The notes: generated by a model from the sequence alone, not told the origin. Numbered from the stretch's first letter, positions 29,170-40,094 are shown. The stretch: 64,000 nucleotides of DNA from Gemmatimonadaceae bacterium (GCA_033763905.1 JANRJP010000044.1:15437-79436); one strand, 5' to 3'. Program-made: numbers and translations.

Positions 29170-30765
29170 ATGCAGGTGCCGAACGTGACTGAGCAGGACC
29201 AAGCGCAGCCCGACGCCCAGCCCGAAGGCGGGCGCCGCGGCTTCCTCCGTGCAGCGCTCGGCCTTGCGGCGGGTGCTGTCGCGACGGCGACCACCGCCGA
29301 GGCGCAGACGCCCACCCGTCGGGGCGCGGTCCCGCGGCGGCAGCGAAACGCCGGCCCGTCGCCGGTCCGCGGCGTCCCTGCGGACCTCGCGCAGCTCGCG
29401 CCAGCTCCGGCGTTCGTCGCGGACGCGTGGCGCGATCCGGTGGGCCGTTTGGTGCGCCGCATCACCTGGGGCATCACCGACACCGAACTGGAGCGCGCCA
29501 AGCAGCTCGGGTACCGCGGGTACCTCGAAGAACAGCTGGCACCGTCACGCATCGACGACCGCGCCTGTCTGTCGTTCATCCAGCGCACGTATCCGGTGGT
29601 GTCGATGGCACCGAGTGCGCTGGCACGCTTCGACGCGTTTCAGGCGTCGGTCCAGTTGCAGGAAGCCGCGCTCTACCGCGCCACGTTCTCGCGTCGGCAG
29701 TTGCAGGAGCGAATGGTCGACTTCTGGACCGACCACTTCAATATCTGGCGCGATGACGTCGGCTATCTCAAGGTCATCGACGACCGCGATGTGATCCGGC
29801 GCCACGCACTGGGCCGCTTCCCCGACCTGCTGCGTGCCAGCGCGCACAGTGCGGCGATGATGGAGTATCTCGACCAGACGCGCAGCCGTCGGGGCAGCCC
29901 CAACGAGAACTACGCGCGCGAAATCATGGAGCTGCACACGCTCGGCGTGGACGGCGGCTACACGCAGCAGGATGTCGCCGAGCTCGCGCGGGTGTTCACC
30001 GGCTGGACGCGCATCGGCGCCGGCTCCTTCTATTACGACGCCAACATCCACGACTTTGGCGTCAAGCGCGTGCTCGGCCGGGTGATTCCGTCGACCGCGC
30101 CGGGCACGGGCCTGGCCGGCAAGCAGGAGGCCGAGCGCATCATCGACTTCCTCGCGGTGCATCCGAACACTGCTCGCTACATCAGCTGGAAACTCGCGCG
30201 CTACTTCGTGGCGTACACGCCGAGCGAGGCGCTGGTCTCGGCGGCGGCGGCGGAGTTCGTGCGGACGCAGGGCGACATCCCCTCGGTGCTTCGCATCATC
30301 CTCGCCGAGCCGACGATCGTGGGCTCGGGGCCGATGTACAAGCGACCGCTTCACTTGGCGGTGTCCTCGGCGCGAGCGCTCAACCCGCGCGTGACCTCGG
30401 TGGCAACGATGCGGAGCAACGTCGACACGATGGGTCAGTCGCTGTATGCCTGGCCCACGCCAGACGGCTACCCGATGTCGATGGAATTCTGGATGGGGCT
30501 GGTGATGCAGCGGTGGAATACCGCCTCGGCCTTCGCCACGGCGTCGGCCACCTCCACCAGCTTTGCCGTGGATCCGGCACCGTTCACCGGCACGACGGTC
30601 GAAGAGACGACGAGCCGGATCATAGCCCGCTGTCTCGGGGGCGAGGTCCCGGAGTCGTTCCGCACGCGCCTTGCCGACTACATCCGTCCCGCGCCGACGT
30701 CGGCCACGCGGATCCGCGAAGCCATGAGCCTCGCCTTGTCGTCCGCACAGTTCCAGTGGTACTGA
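29170..30765 (+). CDS. DUF1800 family protein, Tat signal
   Basis: GRRGFL signal, QLQERMVDFWTDHF, PNENYAREIMELHTLGV and YTQQDVAELARVFTGW. Confidence 0.88.
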   Translation: MQVPNVTEQDQAQPDAQPEGGRRGFLRAALGLAAGAVATATTAEAQTPTRRGAVPRRQRNAGPSPVRGVPADLAQLAPAPAFVADAWRDPVGRLVRRITWGITDTELERAKQLGYRGYLEEQLAPSRIDDRACLSFIQRTYPVVSMAPSALARFDAFQASVQLQEAALYRATFSRRQLQERMVDFWTDHFNIWRDDVGYLKVIDDRDVIRRHALGRFPDLLRASAHSAAMMEYLDQTRSRRGSPNENYAREIMELHTLGVDGGYTQQDVAELARVFTGWTRIGAGSFYYDANIHDFGVKRVLGRVIPSTAPGTGLAGKQEAERIIDFLAVHPNTARYISWKLARYFVAYTPSEALVSAAAAEFVRTQGDIPSVLRIILAEPTIVGSGPMYKRPLHLAVSSARALNPRVTSVATMRSNVDTMGQSLYAWPTPDGYPMSMEFWMGLVMQRWNTASAFATASATSTSFAVDPAPFTGTTVEETTSRIIARCLGGEVPESFRTRLADYIRPAPTSATRIREAMSLALSSAQFQWY

Positions 30766-30796
30766 CGGGCGCCAGCCCCCGACTCCCGATTGCCCA

Positions 30797-32086
30797 ATGA
30801 GTGAATCGACGAACGCCCCGGGTTGCACCGAGTACCACGAAGTCTCGCGCCGCGATTTTCTTGGCAGCTCGGCGACGTTTATGGCGCTCTCGACGATGCC
30901 GGCCTGGTTGCCGCGCGTCGTGCTGGCGCAGACCGCCTCGAGCCGCGACATCATTCTGTCGGTCTTCCTGCGCGGCGGGCACGACGGCCTGTCGATGATC
31001 TATCCGTTCACCGACCCGAACTACTACACGGGTCGGCCGACGATCGCGATTCCGCAGCCGGACAGCAGCTCGCCGAATCGCGGCATCGCGCTAGATGGAT
31101 TCTGGGGGATGTCGCAGGCGATGTCGTCGCTGTATCCCGCGTATCAGGCGGGGCAGTTGCTCGCCGTGCAGCAGACCGGCCTGCTCAACAACACGCGCTC
31201 GCACTTCGATGCGATGCGGTTTCTGGAAGTTGGCAAGGCCGCCGATCCGAACCTGATGACCGGCTGGCTGGGTCGGCATCTGGCCACCTCGACGCCGATG
31301 CGCACCGACGCGCCGCTCCGCGCGGTCGGTCTGGCGTCGGGCCTGCAGCGGACGCTGGTCGGTGGCCCGCGCACGCTGCCGATTCCCAACCCGGCCAGCT
31401 TCGGTCTGGGCGGAGACGCGGCGACCCGCGCGCAGCGTCAAGCGTGGCTCGAGGCCGACTATGCCCCGTTCACCGACACGATCGGCGCCCCGGCGCTCGA
31501 TGCCCTGAATACGATCTCGCTGCTCCAGTCGGTGAACTTCAACGGCTACGCGCCGATCAATGGGGCGGTCTATCCGAACACCAGCTTTGGTCGCGGAATG
31601 CGGGCCACCGCGGCGCTGATCAAGGCCGATCTCGGCGTCGAAGCGATTCAGCTCGATATCGGCGGTTGGGACACGCACTCCAATCAGTCGCCGCTGACCG
31701 GTTCGATGTCGCGAACAATGGCCGACCTTGCGAATTCGCTCAGCGCCTTCTGGCTCGACGTCATCAGCGCCACGACGGATTACCGCGTGACCGTGGTGGT
31801 GGTGTCGGAGTTCGGGCGCAACGTGCGCGAGAACGGCTCGGCGGGTACGGACCATGGGCGCGGCACGTGTATGTTTGCGATGGGCCGCGCGATCAACGGC
31901 GGCCGCGTGCTGACCAACAACTGGCAGCCGCTGGCGCGCGAGAACTTGGAGATCGGGCAGGACCTCCGCGTCACGATCGACCACCGCGACATTCTCTCGG
32001 AAATCGTCACCCGCCGACTCGGCAATCCGAACCTCGGGGTGATCTTCCCCGACTACGTGCCGACCAACCGGGGGATCTGCCGATGA
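30797..32086 (+). CDS. DUF1501 family protein, Tat-like signal
   Basis: SRRDFL, FLRGGHDG, RSHFDAM, GGWDTH and SEFGR..ENGSAGTDHG. Confidence 0.88.
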   Translation: MSESTNAPGCTEYHEVSRRDFLGSSATFMALSTMPAWLPRVVLAQTASSRDIILSVFLRGGHDGLSMIYPFTDPNYYTGRPTIAIPQPDSSSPNRGIALDGFWGMSQAMSSLYPAYQAGQLLAVQQTGLLNNTRSHFDAMRFLEVGKAADPNLMTGWLGRHLATSTPMRTDAPLRAVGLASGLQRTLVGGPRTLPIPNPASFGLGGDAATRAQRQAWLEADYAPFTDTIGAPALDALNTISLLQSVNFNGYAPINGAVYPNTSFGRGMRATAALIKADLGVEAIQLDIGGWDTHSNQSPLTGSMSRTMADLANSLSAFWLDVISATTDYRVTVVVVSEFGRNVRENGSAGTDHGRGTCMFAMGRAINGGRVLTNNWQPLARENLEIGQDLRVTIDHRDILSEIVTRRLGNPNLGVIFPDYVPTNRGICR

Positions 32087-32688
32087 CCCGCGCCGTGCGG
32101 CGCTGCGCCGCGGTCGTCGGGGCGGCGCTGGCGCTGGCGGGTTGCGACGGATCGCTGCCCTTCGGGTTGCCGGAGCCGGAGCGCGTAGTCGTGACCGCGC
32201 CGGTCACGACCGTGTTCGTCGGCGAGAGTATGCAGTTGCACGCCGTGGGCTACAACAAGGAAGGCGAAGAGTTGCCGTCGCTTGATCCTGAGTGGAGTTC
32301 TTCGAATGGCAGCGTGGCATCGATCACGTCGACCGGGTTGCTGACTGGCCTCGCGGTGGGCCGCGCCACCGTGCGAGCCAAACTCTCGGGGAAGTCAGCC
32401 ACCGTGGACATCACCGTGGAGCCGTCGCCGGTGGCGCAGGACACGGTGGATGTCGGCCCTGGCACGGCGAACCCGTCGGTGGTGACGCTGCGCGTTGGTG
32501 GCCGTGTGTTCTTCCGTTTCGGCGCCACGGCCGGCGATGTGACCTTCCGTCCGAACCAGACCGGCGCCCCGACCAACATCACGTCCACGAGCAACGCGAT
32601 GCCCAATCGGAGCTTCTTCACCGTGGGCGACTTCGTGTGGGACAACACGGCGTCGCCGGGCACCACCGGCACCATTCGCGTCCGGTAG
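32083..32688 (+). CDS. Lipoprotein with Ig-like (Big_2) and cupredoxin-like domains
   Basis: Lipobox LAGC and WSSSNGSVASITSTGLLTGLAVGRATVRA (Big_2). The C-terminal domain follows a plastocyanin-like pattern. Confidence 0.7.
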   Translation: MTRAVRRCAAVVGAALALAGCDGSLPFGLPEPERVVVTAPVTTVFVGESMQLHAVGYNKEGEELPSLDPEWSSSNGSVASITSTGLLTGLAVGRATVRAKLSGKSATVDITVEPSPVAQDTVDVGPGTANPSVVTLRVGGRVFFRFGATAGDVTFRPNQTGAPTNITSTSNAMPNRSFFTVGDFVWDNTASPGTTGTIRVR

Positions 32689-32743
32689 CAATGAGACGAG
32701 GCGCCGCGCGGATGCGCGGCGCCTCAATCGTGTGGGGGGTCGC

Positions 32744-33241
32744 TTACGGCACCCGCGACAATTGTCCGCGAACTTCTCCCGCGGTGCGGGCCTGCGTGTG
32801 AATGTCCACGTAGACCGCACCGTTTCGCATCAGCGTCTTGAGCGAGTCGAAGGTGATCGTGGGGGTGCTGCGCACCCAGTCACGGGCGATATCGCCTTCG
32901 GCGATCACGCCGGTGAGGTCCACGCTCGGGGTCTGCGCCGCGGTGCCGTTCACTGGCAGCAACCAGACGCGCAGGGTGCCGTTCTGCGTGGGCGTGCCCG
33001 AGTGCAGGTGCGCCTGCGTGATCCCGGTCATTCCGTTCACGCTGAGCGTGAAGCGAATAGCGTCCTCTCCCACGAATTCGAACTCGGCGCGACCGGACGC
33101 GGTCGTTGTGACGGCGGGCACAACGCCCGCGCCGGACAGATCGGCGGCGAATCGCTCGCCTGGCCCGGGGGCGGTGGAGTCGTCACTGCAGGCGGCCAGG
33201 GTCGCGAACGCCAGCGGCAAAGAGGCAACGAATCGACGCAT
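32744..33241 (-). CDS. CHRD domain lipoprotein
   Basis: Lipobox LAAC, FAADLSGA..VP, AHLH and YVDIHT..GEVRGQL. Confidence 0.85.
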   Translation of the reverse strand: MRRFVASLPLAFATLAACSDDSTAPGPGERFAADLSGAGVVPAVTTTASGRAEFEFVGEDAIRFTLSVNGMTGITQAHLHSGTPTQNGTLRVWLLPVNGTAAQTPSVDLTGVIAEGDIARDWVRSTPTITFDSLKTLMRNGAVYVDIHTQARTAGEVRGQLSRVP

Positions 33242-33450
33242 AGAGGGAGCGCAGGGGGAATCGCCGCATCGTGCGGCCCGGACACTGAGTGACGATATCC
33301 GTCGCGTGGCCGCGCGCCGTAACGCCGCTGGCGAGCGGCGCCGAAGTACGAAGCGCAACTCGCCGCGTGACACTTTCGATGCCAGGTCGCCATTTAGGGT
33401 GTAGCATTGTTTGCGACCCTGCTCACCCACCCTCCTGCCCAGGACTTCCG

Positions 33451-33993
33451 ATGCCCTCGTCCGTCGATTCGTCCGACGCCCCGCTTTCGCCCTGCGGTGG
33501 CTGTGCCTATTCGCGCCGCGACTTCGTGACCTTGGGCGCCGGCGCCCTGGCGGCGATTGCGTTGGCTGGCTGCAGCAGCGACGGCGGCGGCGGAGGGGTC
33601 GGACCGATCACGCCGCCGCCCCCGACGGCGGTGCTGCCTCCGGGCGTGTCGATCGCGGGCAACACCGTCACGGTGGACGTCACCGTCGCCAGCGACCTCA
33701 CGCAGGCCCCGGGGCTGGTGTTCATCATCGGGCGCACCAATCGCCCGGTGCTCATCGTCAAGAGCGAAGCCGGCACTTTCGCCGCAGCGACCTACCGCGC
33801 CTTCAATGCCACCTGCCCGCACGCTCAGACGCAGAATGCGTGGGCGGACGCCGGCGCGGATGTCCGCTGCGAAGCCCACGGATCCCAGTTTGCCCGGAAT
33901 GACGGCAGCGTCACCGCCGGCGTCGCCTCCCGCGGCCTCACCGCCCTGCCCACCACGCGGACCGGCAACACCCTCACGATTAACGCCGGGTGA
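33451..33993 (+). CDS. Rieske (2Fe-2S) domain Tat lipoprotein
   Basis: SRRDFV plus LAGC. CPH and CEAHGSQF cluster ligands. Confidence 0.85.
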   Translation: MPSSVDSSDAPLSPCGGCAYSRRDFVTLGAGALAAIALAGCSSDGGGGGVGPITPPPPTAVLPPGVSIAGNTVTVDVTVASDLTQAPGLVFIIGRTNRPVLIVKSEAGTFAAATYRAFNATCPHAQTQNAWADAGADVRCEAHGSQFARNDGSVTAGVASRGLTALPTTRTGNTLTINAG

Positions 33994-34006
33994 ACGCTCG
34001 AACGGC

Positions 34007-34045
34007 AGAGCGCCCCGCATACCGAATCGGCGTGCGGGGCGTTCT
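34007..34045. terminator. GC-rich hairpin, probable bidirectional terminator
   Basis: AGAGCGCCCCGCA..TGCGGGGCGTTCT between the convergent Rieske and MCP genes. Confidence 0.65.
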
Positions 34046-34104
34046 GTCGTGCACGGCGGGATGGGCCGCCGTTCCCTGAGGCCGGTGCTCCGGCCGGTTG
34101 TCGA

Positions 34105-36126
34105 TCAGAAGTTCGCCGCCAGCGACATCGGACGCGGCGCGCGGTTGGCGCGGCGGCTCGCGGCCACCGACGGCAGCACCTTCGCGCTACCCGCCGAGGT
34201 CTCGAACGTGCCCACCAGCTGCAGGAGCGTCATCGCCTGCCCGGAGAGTTCTTCCGATGCCGCAGCGGACTCTTCGGCGTTCGCGGCGTTCTGCTGCGTG
34301 ACCCCGTTGAGCTGCTCCACCGCCTGCGTGATCTGCGAGACGCTCTGCTGCTGCTGCTGGTTGGACGAGGCCAGCTCATGGACCACGTCGGCCACCTTGC
34401 TGACTTCGGCATCGATTTCGTCCAAGCGGCTCAAGACTTCCCCATTGTGCTGCACCCCGAGCTTGGCACTCGCCACGGCCGACTCGATCAGCGTCGCCGT
34501 CGTGCGCGCCGCTTCGGCACTGCGCGCCGCCAGCGAGCGCACTTCCTCGGCCACCACCGCGAAGCCGCGACCCGCGTCGCCGGCCCGCGCCGCTTCAACG
34601 GCGGCGTTGAGCGCGAGGAGATTGGTCTGGAAGGCGATCTCGTCGATGGTCTTCACGATCTTGGCCGTCTGATCGCTCGACCGGCGGATCTGATCGATCG
34701 CCGCCGAGAGTTGCGACATGCTTTCGCGACCCTGCGACACCCGCGCCCGGGCGGTGGACGACATCCCACGCGCCTGTTCGCTGTTCGCGGCGGACGCCGC
34801 CGAGGCCGCGTTCATCTCGTGCAGGCTGCTCGCGATCTCCTCAAGCGAGGCACCCTGCTCCGACGCACCCTGAGCCAGCGACTGGCTCCCCGAGGCAATC
34901 TGCGAACCGGCCGAGGCCACCTGCTCCGCCGCGCCGTGCACCTGGGCCAACGCTTCGTCGAGGGTGTGCGCCGCCGCATTGACGGCAATCTTGATCCGAT
35001 CGAAGTCGCCTTCGAAGTTGCCCGTCATCCGCGCCGTCATATCGCGGGCCGCGAGCTTGTCGAGTACCGCCGCCGTCTCGGCGACGGGCACCGCCACCGC
35101 GTTCACGAGGTCGTTGAGACCCGACATCAGGTCGCGGAACGCGCCGTCATACTTGGTCACATCACCGCGACGCGACAGGTCACCGGCCGCCGCCGAGCGA
35201 GCCAGCGACGACGCATCACCGACCGCGTCGTTGACCACCTGCTGCAGCTGCACGAAGGCCTTGCCGAGCGCGTCCTTGTCGGAGCGGGCCGAAATCGCCA
35301 CATCCATCCGGCCGCGGCTGATCGCCACGGCCGCGTCGGCCATCCGACGCTCGTCGGCCACCAGCTGCGCGATGCTCCCGGCCAACTGACCGATCTCATC
35401 CTTGCTCTCGACGACGACCTCCTGATCGAGATCCCCCTTGGCGACGGCACCGGCGATGTGGGTGAGGCGCTCCACCGAGCGGCCAATCATCCGGGCGATC
35501 ATCGTCGCAATGAAGGCTCCCAGGGCGATGGCGACGACGATCAGCACCAGAACCACGATGATTGCCGTCGTCGCCGAGGCCTTGGCGTCTGCCGCGGCCT
35601 TCTGCATCAGCGCGACCTTCGAGGCGGCCAAGCTGTCCATCAGCCTGTCGATCTCGTCGGCGCGCTTGCGCAGGTCGCCGAGCCGAGCGCGACCGTCCGC
35701 GTCCTTGCCCTCGAGGGCCAGCGCCACGACCGCGTCCTGCTGCGGCCGAAGGTCGTTGTAGTCCGTGAGCAGCTTGGCGGCCATCACCTTCTGCTCCTCG
35801 CGGACGATGCTCGCCTGATACTGCGCGAAGTTGGCGCGGAAGAGCGAATCGTACGTGACGATGTCCGCCGCGCGGCGGCGCACCGAGGCGGCGTTGTCAT
35901 CGAGGAGCGCGTTGCGCACCGCGCGCGAAATCGAAATGAGCTGCACGTTCGCTTCCTTGAGCGCCAGCGCCGGTTCGGCGTGGGTCGTGTACAGCGTCGA
36001 CAGGAGCGAATCGAGACGGCGGGCGGTGAAGGCACCGACGCCGCCAACAATGACCATCAACAGGATCGTCGCGCCAAACCCCACCGTCAGCTTGCGACCG
36101 ATCGTGAAATCCCGGAACCACTGCAT
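34105..36126 (-). CDS. Methyl-accepting chemotaxis protein
   Basis: Two TMs flanking a four-helix sensor, HAMP (SKDEIGQLA) and [34 protein letters not shown]. Confidence 0.95.
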   Translation of the reverse strand: MQWFRDFTIGRKLTVGFGATILLMVIVGGVGAFTARRLDSLLSTLYTTHAEPALALKEANVQLISISRAVRNALLDDNAASVRRRAADIVTYDSLFRANFAQYQASIVREEQKVMAAKLLTDYNDLRPQQDAVVALALEGKDADGRARLGDLRKRADEIDRLMDSLAASKVALMQKAAADAKASATTAIIVVLVLIVVAIALGAFIATMIARMIGRSVERLTHIAGAVAKGDLDQEVVVESKDEIGQLAGSIAQLVADERRMADAAVAISRGRMDVAISARSDKDALGKAFVQLQQVVNDAVGDASSLARSAAAGDLSRRGDVTKYDGAFRDLMSGLNDLVNAVAVPVAETAAVLDKLAARDMTARMTGNFEGDFDRIKIAVNAAAHTLDEALAQVHGAAEQVASAGSQIASGSQSLAQGASEQGASLEEIASSLHEMNAASAASAANSEQARGMSSTARARVSQGRESMSQLSAAIDQIRRSSDQTAKIVKTIDEIAFQTNLLALNAAVEAARAGDAGRGFAVVAEEVRSLAARSAEAARTTATLIESAVASAKLGVQHNGEVLSRLDEIDAEVSKVADVVHELASSNQQQQQSVSQITQAVEQLNGVTQQNAANAEESAAASEELSGQAMTLLQLVGTFETSAGSAKVLPSVAASRRANRAPRPMSLAANF

Positions 36127-36200
36127 CGTGCGTTCCCCCTCGTCGTACTGCTCGCGTTGTGAATCGGCGCGCACCCCATCGTGACGCGGCGATGGAGGGG

Positions 36201-36302
36201 ATATCGACTTCGTACAGCGTTTCGTAACGGGACAGATAGATTCCCTTAACACAGTGACTCGCAGTCCTATTTCAAATCGATGCACTGTATCGTTTCGTTA
36301 CG
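36201..36302 (-). promoter_or_regulatory. Two tandem sigma28-like promoter or regulator boxes upstream of the MCP
   Basis: Minus strand reads TAAC-N15-ATCGATTT and TTAC-N15-GTCGATAT. Both share CGTWACGAAACG. Confidence 0.4.
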
Positions 36303-36434
36303 CTTTGGGTCACATTCTCTTTCATTAATGAGCAGCCCGCACTATCCACACGCTGAGCACTGGGACATCTTCGCCCTTCTCGCACGCGGTGCGGCGCACA
36401 GCGGCGCGGGACCGTCCCTTCTCCCTGCCCTGTT

Positions 36435-37658
36435 ATGGCCAAGATCAAGGTGAAGCACCCCGTCGTCGAAATGGACGGCGACGAGATGACCCGCATCATC
36501 TGGCAATACATCAAGGACCGGCTGATCCTGCCCTACCTCGATGTCTCCCTCGACTATTACGACCTGGGGATCGAGCATCGCGACGCCACCGACGACGCGG
36601 TCACCGTCGAGTCGGCCAAGGCCACGCTCAAGCACGGTGTCGCGGTCAAGTGCGCGACCATCACCCCCGATGAGGCGCGGGTGAAGGAGTTCGGGCTCAA
36701 GAAGATGTGGAAGAGCCCCAATGGCACGATCCGCAACGTCCTGGGCGGCGTGATCTTCCGCGAACCCATCATCATCCGGAACATCCCGCGCCTCGTCCCG
36801 CACTGGGCCAAGCCCATCGTGGTCGGTCGCCACGCGCACGGCGACCAGTACAAGGCCACCGACTTCAAGGTCCCCGGCCCCGGCACGGTCACGATCACCT
36901 ACACGCCGGCCGATGGCTCCCAGCCGATGCAGTTCGATGTCGCCACCTTCGGCGCGGACGGCGGCGTCGCGATGGGGATGTACAACTTCAGCGACTCCAT
37001 CCGCGACTTCGCGCGCGCGAGCTTCCGCTACGGCCTCTCGCGCAACTTCCCGGTCTACCTCAGCACCAAGAACACCATCCTCAAGGCCTATGACGGCCTC
37101 TTCAAGGATCTGTTCGAAGAGATCTTCGCCGCCGAGTTCAAGGCCGAGTTCGACGCCAAGGGGCTGACCTACGAGCACCGGCTCATCGACGATATGGTCG
37201 CCTCGGCGCTCAAGTGGGAAGGCGGCTACGTGTGGGCCTGCAAGAACTACGATGGCGATGTGCAGTCCGACATCGTGGCGCAGGGCTTCGGCTCGCTCGG
37301 CCTGATGACCTCCGTGCTGCTCACGCCCGACGGCCGCACGATGGAAGCCGAGGCCGCGCACGGCACGGTGACTCGCCACTACCGCGAGCATCAGAAGGGG
37401 AACCGCACGTCCACCAACCCGATCGCGAGCATCTTCGCCTGGACCAGGGGCTTGGCGCACCGTGGCCGCTTGGACGGCACGCCCGATGTGACGACGTTCG
37501 CCGAGACGCTCGAGGCCGTGTGCATCGAAGCCGTGGAAGCGGGTGAAATGACCAAGGACTTGGCCCTGCTCATCGGCAAGCAGCAACCGTTCCTCCATAC
37601 CGAGGATTTCCTCGCGGCGATCGCGCGTCGGCTCGAAGCCCGAATGGGCGCGCGCTGA
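36435..37658 (+). CDS. icd: NADP-dependent isocitrate dehydrogenase
   Basis: [53 protein letters not shown] and [10 protein letters not shown]. Confidence 0.97.
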   Translation: MAKIKVKHPVVEMDGDEMTRIIWQYIKDRLILPYLDVSLDYYDLGIEHRDATDDAVTVESAKATLKHGVAVKCATITPDEARVKEFGLKKMWKSPNGTIRNVLGGVIFREPIIIRNIPRLVPHWAKPIVVGRHAHGDQYKATDFKVPGPGTVTITYTPADGSQPMQFDVATFGADGGVAMGMYNFSDSIRDFARASFRYGLSRNFPVYLSTKNTILKAYDGLFKDLFEEIFAAEFKAEFDAKGLTYEHRLIDDMVASALKWEGGYVWACKNYDGDVQSDIVAQGFGSLGLMTSVLLTPDGRTMEAEAAHGTVTRHYREHQKGNRTSTNPIASIFAWTRGLAHRGRLDGTPDVTTFAETLEAVCIEAVEAGEMTKDLALLIGKQQPFLHTEDFLAAIARRLEARMGAR

Positions 37659-37661
37659 CCG

Positions 37662-38090
37662 ATGGCCGATTTCGAAGGCACGGTCACCGTTCGGTGCACG
37701 CCGGCGGTGGTGTTCGCGCTGTATGCTGACGCCGCCGGCTGGGCCGCGTGGGATCCTGACATTCGCGGGGCGACGCGCGAAGGGCCCTTTGTCTCGGGCG
37801 CGGTGGGCACGATCACCCCGAAGCAGGGCCCGACGATGACGATCCGGCTGACCTCGGTCGTGCCGGATCGCTCGTTCGATGCCGAGGCGCGGCTGCCCGG
37901 CTGCACGATGCGCTTCGAGCATTGGCTGGAGCCGCAGGGCGACAGCACGCGCGTCACCCATCGCGTCGTGTTCACCGGGCCGCTGGCGTTCGTGTTCCGG
38001 GCGCTGATCGGCCCCGGGCTGCGACGCGGCATCCCCGGCACGATGGCGGGACTCAAGGCCGCCGCCGAAGCGCGCGCGGCCGCGCACTAG
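37662..38090 (+). CDS. SRPBCC/polyketide cyclase-like protein
   Basis: VFALYADAAGWAAWDP, beta-rich core and C-terminal helix MAGLKAAAE. Confidence 0.75.
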   Translation: MADFEGTVTVRCTPAVVFALYADAAGWAAWDPDIRGATREGPFVSGAVGTITPKQGPTMTIRLTSVVPDRSFDAEARLPGCTMRFEHWLEPQGDSTRVTHRVVFTGPLAFVFRALIGPGLRRGIPGTMAGLKAAAEARAAAH

Positions 38091-38107
38091 ACCTTTTCGG
38101 AGCAGAC

Positions 38108-39871
38108 GTGGAGCACGCACCAGCGACGCAGCTGACGGCGATCGATTACGTCGTGATGTTCTTGTACTTCGCCGTCGTGCTCGGCATCGGCTTCGCGCTG
38201 CGCCGCCGCACCCAGACGGCGAACGACTTCCTGCAATCCGGGCGCTCGCTGCCGCCTTGGGTCACCGGACTCGCGTTTCTGTCGGCCAACCTCGGCGCGC
38301 AAGAAGTCATAGGAATGGGCGCGTCCGGCGCGAAGTACGGCATCGCGACGAGCCACTTCTACTGGGTGGGTGCGATCCCGGCGATGGTGTTTGTCGCGCT
38401 CTTTATGATGCCGTTCTACTACGGCTCGCGCGCGCGCAGCGTCCCCGAGTACCTCAAGCTGCGCTTCGACGAGAAGACCCGCACGCTCAACGCCGCGAGC
38501 TTCGCGGTGATGACCATTTTCTCGAGCGGCATCTCGATGTACGCGATGGGCAAGCTCTTCAACCTGCTGCTGGGCTGGAGCTTCGACGTGAGCGTGCTGG
38601 TGTCGGCGGTGATCGTGCTGGCGTACGTGTTCGCCGGGGGGCTCACCAGCGCGATCTACAACGAAGTCCTGCAGTTCTTCATGATCGTCTTCGGCTTCGC
38701 GCCGCTGGTGTTTCTGGGCTTGCGCTCGGTGGGCGGCTGGGACGGGCTCTCGGCGCGGCTCACCGACGCCGCGGCCACGCGCGGCCTGCCGGCCGGTGCG
38801 TACACGCACGCGTGGCAGGGGATGGGCGACGCCAGTACCAATGCCGTGGGGGTCGAGTGGTTCGGCCTGGTGATGGGCTTGGGCTTCGTGTTGTCGTTCG
38901 GGTACTGGTGCACCGACTTCCTCGTGGTGCAGCGCGCGATGGCCGCGGACAGTATGACCGCGGCACGCCGGACCCCACTGATCGCCGCGGTCCCCAAGAT
39001 GCTCTTTCCCTTTCTGGTCATTTTGCCAGGAATGATCGCGCTGGCGCTGACGAGCGCCGCCGGCGGTGACGCGTCGAGCGGCATCATTCCGGCGAAGCTC
39101 GGCGCCGACGGCGCGCCGCTCGTCGACGCGGCGGGCCGAGCCGTGCTCGACTACGACCTGGCGACGCCGATGCTGCTGATCAAGCTCTTCCCCGAGGGGA
39201 TGCTTGGCCTGGGCCTCACCGCACTCCTGGCGTCGTTTATGTCAGGGATGGCGGGCAATGTCACCGCCTTCAACACCGTGTGGACCTACGACATCTACCA
39301 GACGCACCTGCGGAAGGGAGCGTCGGATGCCGAGTGCCTCCGGATGGGAAAGGTCGCCACGGTGGTGGGCGTGCTGCTGTCGATTGCCGCCGCCTACGTC
39401 GCGGGGGCGTTCAACAACATCATGGAGCTGTTGCAGCTCGTCTTCGCGTTCATCAATGCGCCGCTCTTTGCCACGTTCGCGCTTGGGATGTTCTGGCGTC
39501 GTGCCACGGGCCACGGCGCGTTCGCGGGGCTGGTGGCGGGAATGACCGGAGCCGCCCTGCACCACGGACTGACGCTCTCGCGCGGCTCGGTGCCCGGGGT
39601 GAAGGGCGGGTTCCTGGGCCTGGTGCACACGTATCCCAGCGAGATGGCGCAGACGTTCTGGACCGCCATCGTCGCCTTTGCCGCCTGCACCGTGGTGACC
39701 GTGATCGTGAGTCTGGCCACGGCGGCGCGGTCGGACGATTCGCTCAAGGGACTCGTCTACTCGCTGACGCCAATGCCGACCGATGGCGCGCTGGCTTGGC
39801 ATCAGCGTCCAGCGGTCCTTGGGGCGGCGGTGCTGGGGATGACGCTGCTGCTCAACCTGATCTTCGCCTGA
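38108..39871 (+). CDS. Sodium:solute symporter (sugar-type SSS)
   Basis: GRSLPPW, SANLGAQE, SVPEYLKLRF, YWCTDFLVVQRAM and many TMs. Confidence 0.92.
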   Translation: MEHAPATQLTAIDYVVMFLYFAVVLGIGFALRRRTQTANDFLQSGRSLPPWVTGLAFLSANLGAQEVIGMGASGAKYGIATSHFYWVGAIPAMVFVALFMMPFYYGSRARSVPEYLKLRFDEKTRTLNAASFAVMTIFSSGISMYAMGKLFNLLLGWSFDVSVLVSAVIVLAYVFAGGLTSAIYNEVLQFFMIVFGFAPLVFLGLRSVGGWDGLSARLTDAAATRGLPAGAYTHAWQGMGDASTNAVGVEWFGLVMGLGFVLSFGYWCTDFLVVQRAMAADSMTAARRTPLIAAVPKMLFPFLVILPGMIALALTSAAGGDASSGIIPAKLGADGAPLVDAAGRAVLDYDLATPMLLIKLFPEGMLGLGLTALLASFMSGMAGNVTAFNTVWTYDIYQTHLRKGASDAECLRMGKVATVVGVLLSIAAAYVAGAFNNIMELLQLVFAFINAPLFATFALGMFWRRATGHGAFAGLVAGMTGAALHHGLTLSRGSVPGVKGGFLGLVHTYPSEMAQTFWTAIVAFAACTVVTVIVSLATAARSDDSLKGLVYSLTPMPTDGALAWHQRPAVLGAAVLGMTLLLNLIFA

Positions 39872-39881
39872 GGAGCCCACC

Positions 39882-40094
39882 GTGAGTGACGCTGGTTCGC
39901 TGGACCTCCGCGTGCCGATCGGCGGCCTGTTCGTGGCGCTCGGCGCCGTGATCGGCGCCTTCGGCCTCTTCACCGCGGGCGACGCGGCGATGTACGCGAA
40001 GTCGGGGGGCATCAACATCAACCTGTGGTGGGGGGTGGTGCTGCTGGTGACCGGCGCGGCCTTCCTGCTCGCTGCACGGCGCGAGCGCCACTAG
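39882..40094 (+). CDS. Small two-TM protein accompanying the SSS transporter
   Basis: LDLRVPIGGLF..GININLWWG, with an AGGAG RBS right after the symporter stop. Confidence 0.75.
   Translation: MSDAGSLDLRVPIGGLFVALGAVIGAFGLFTAGDAAMYAKSGGININLWWGVVLLVTGAAFLLAARRERH

Noticed and set aside
36127..36434. c-di-GMP riboswitch upstream of the MCP
   Set aside because: I could not find the expected conserved motifs by eye. An Rfam/Infernal scan would settle it.
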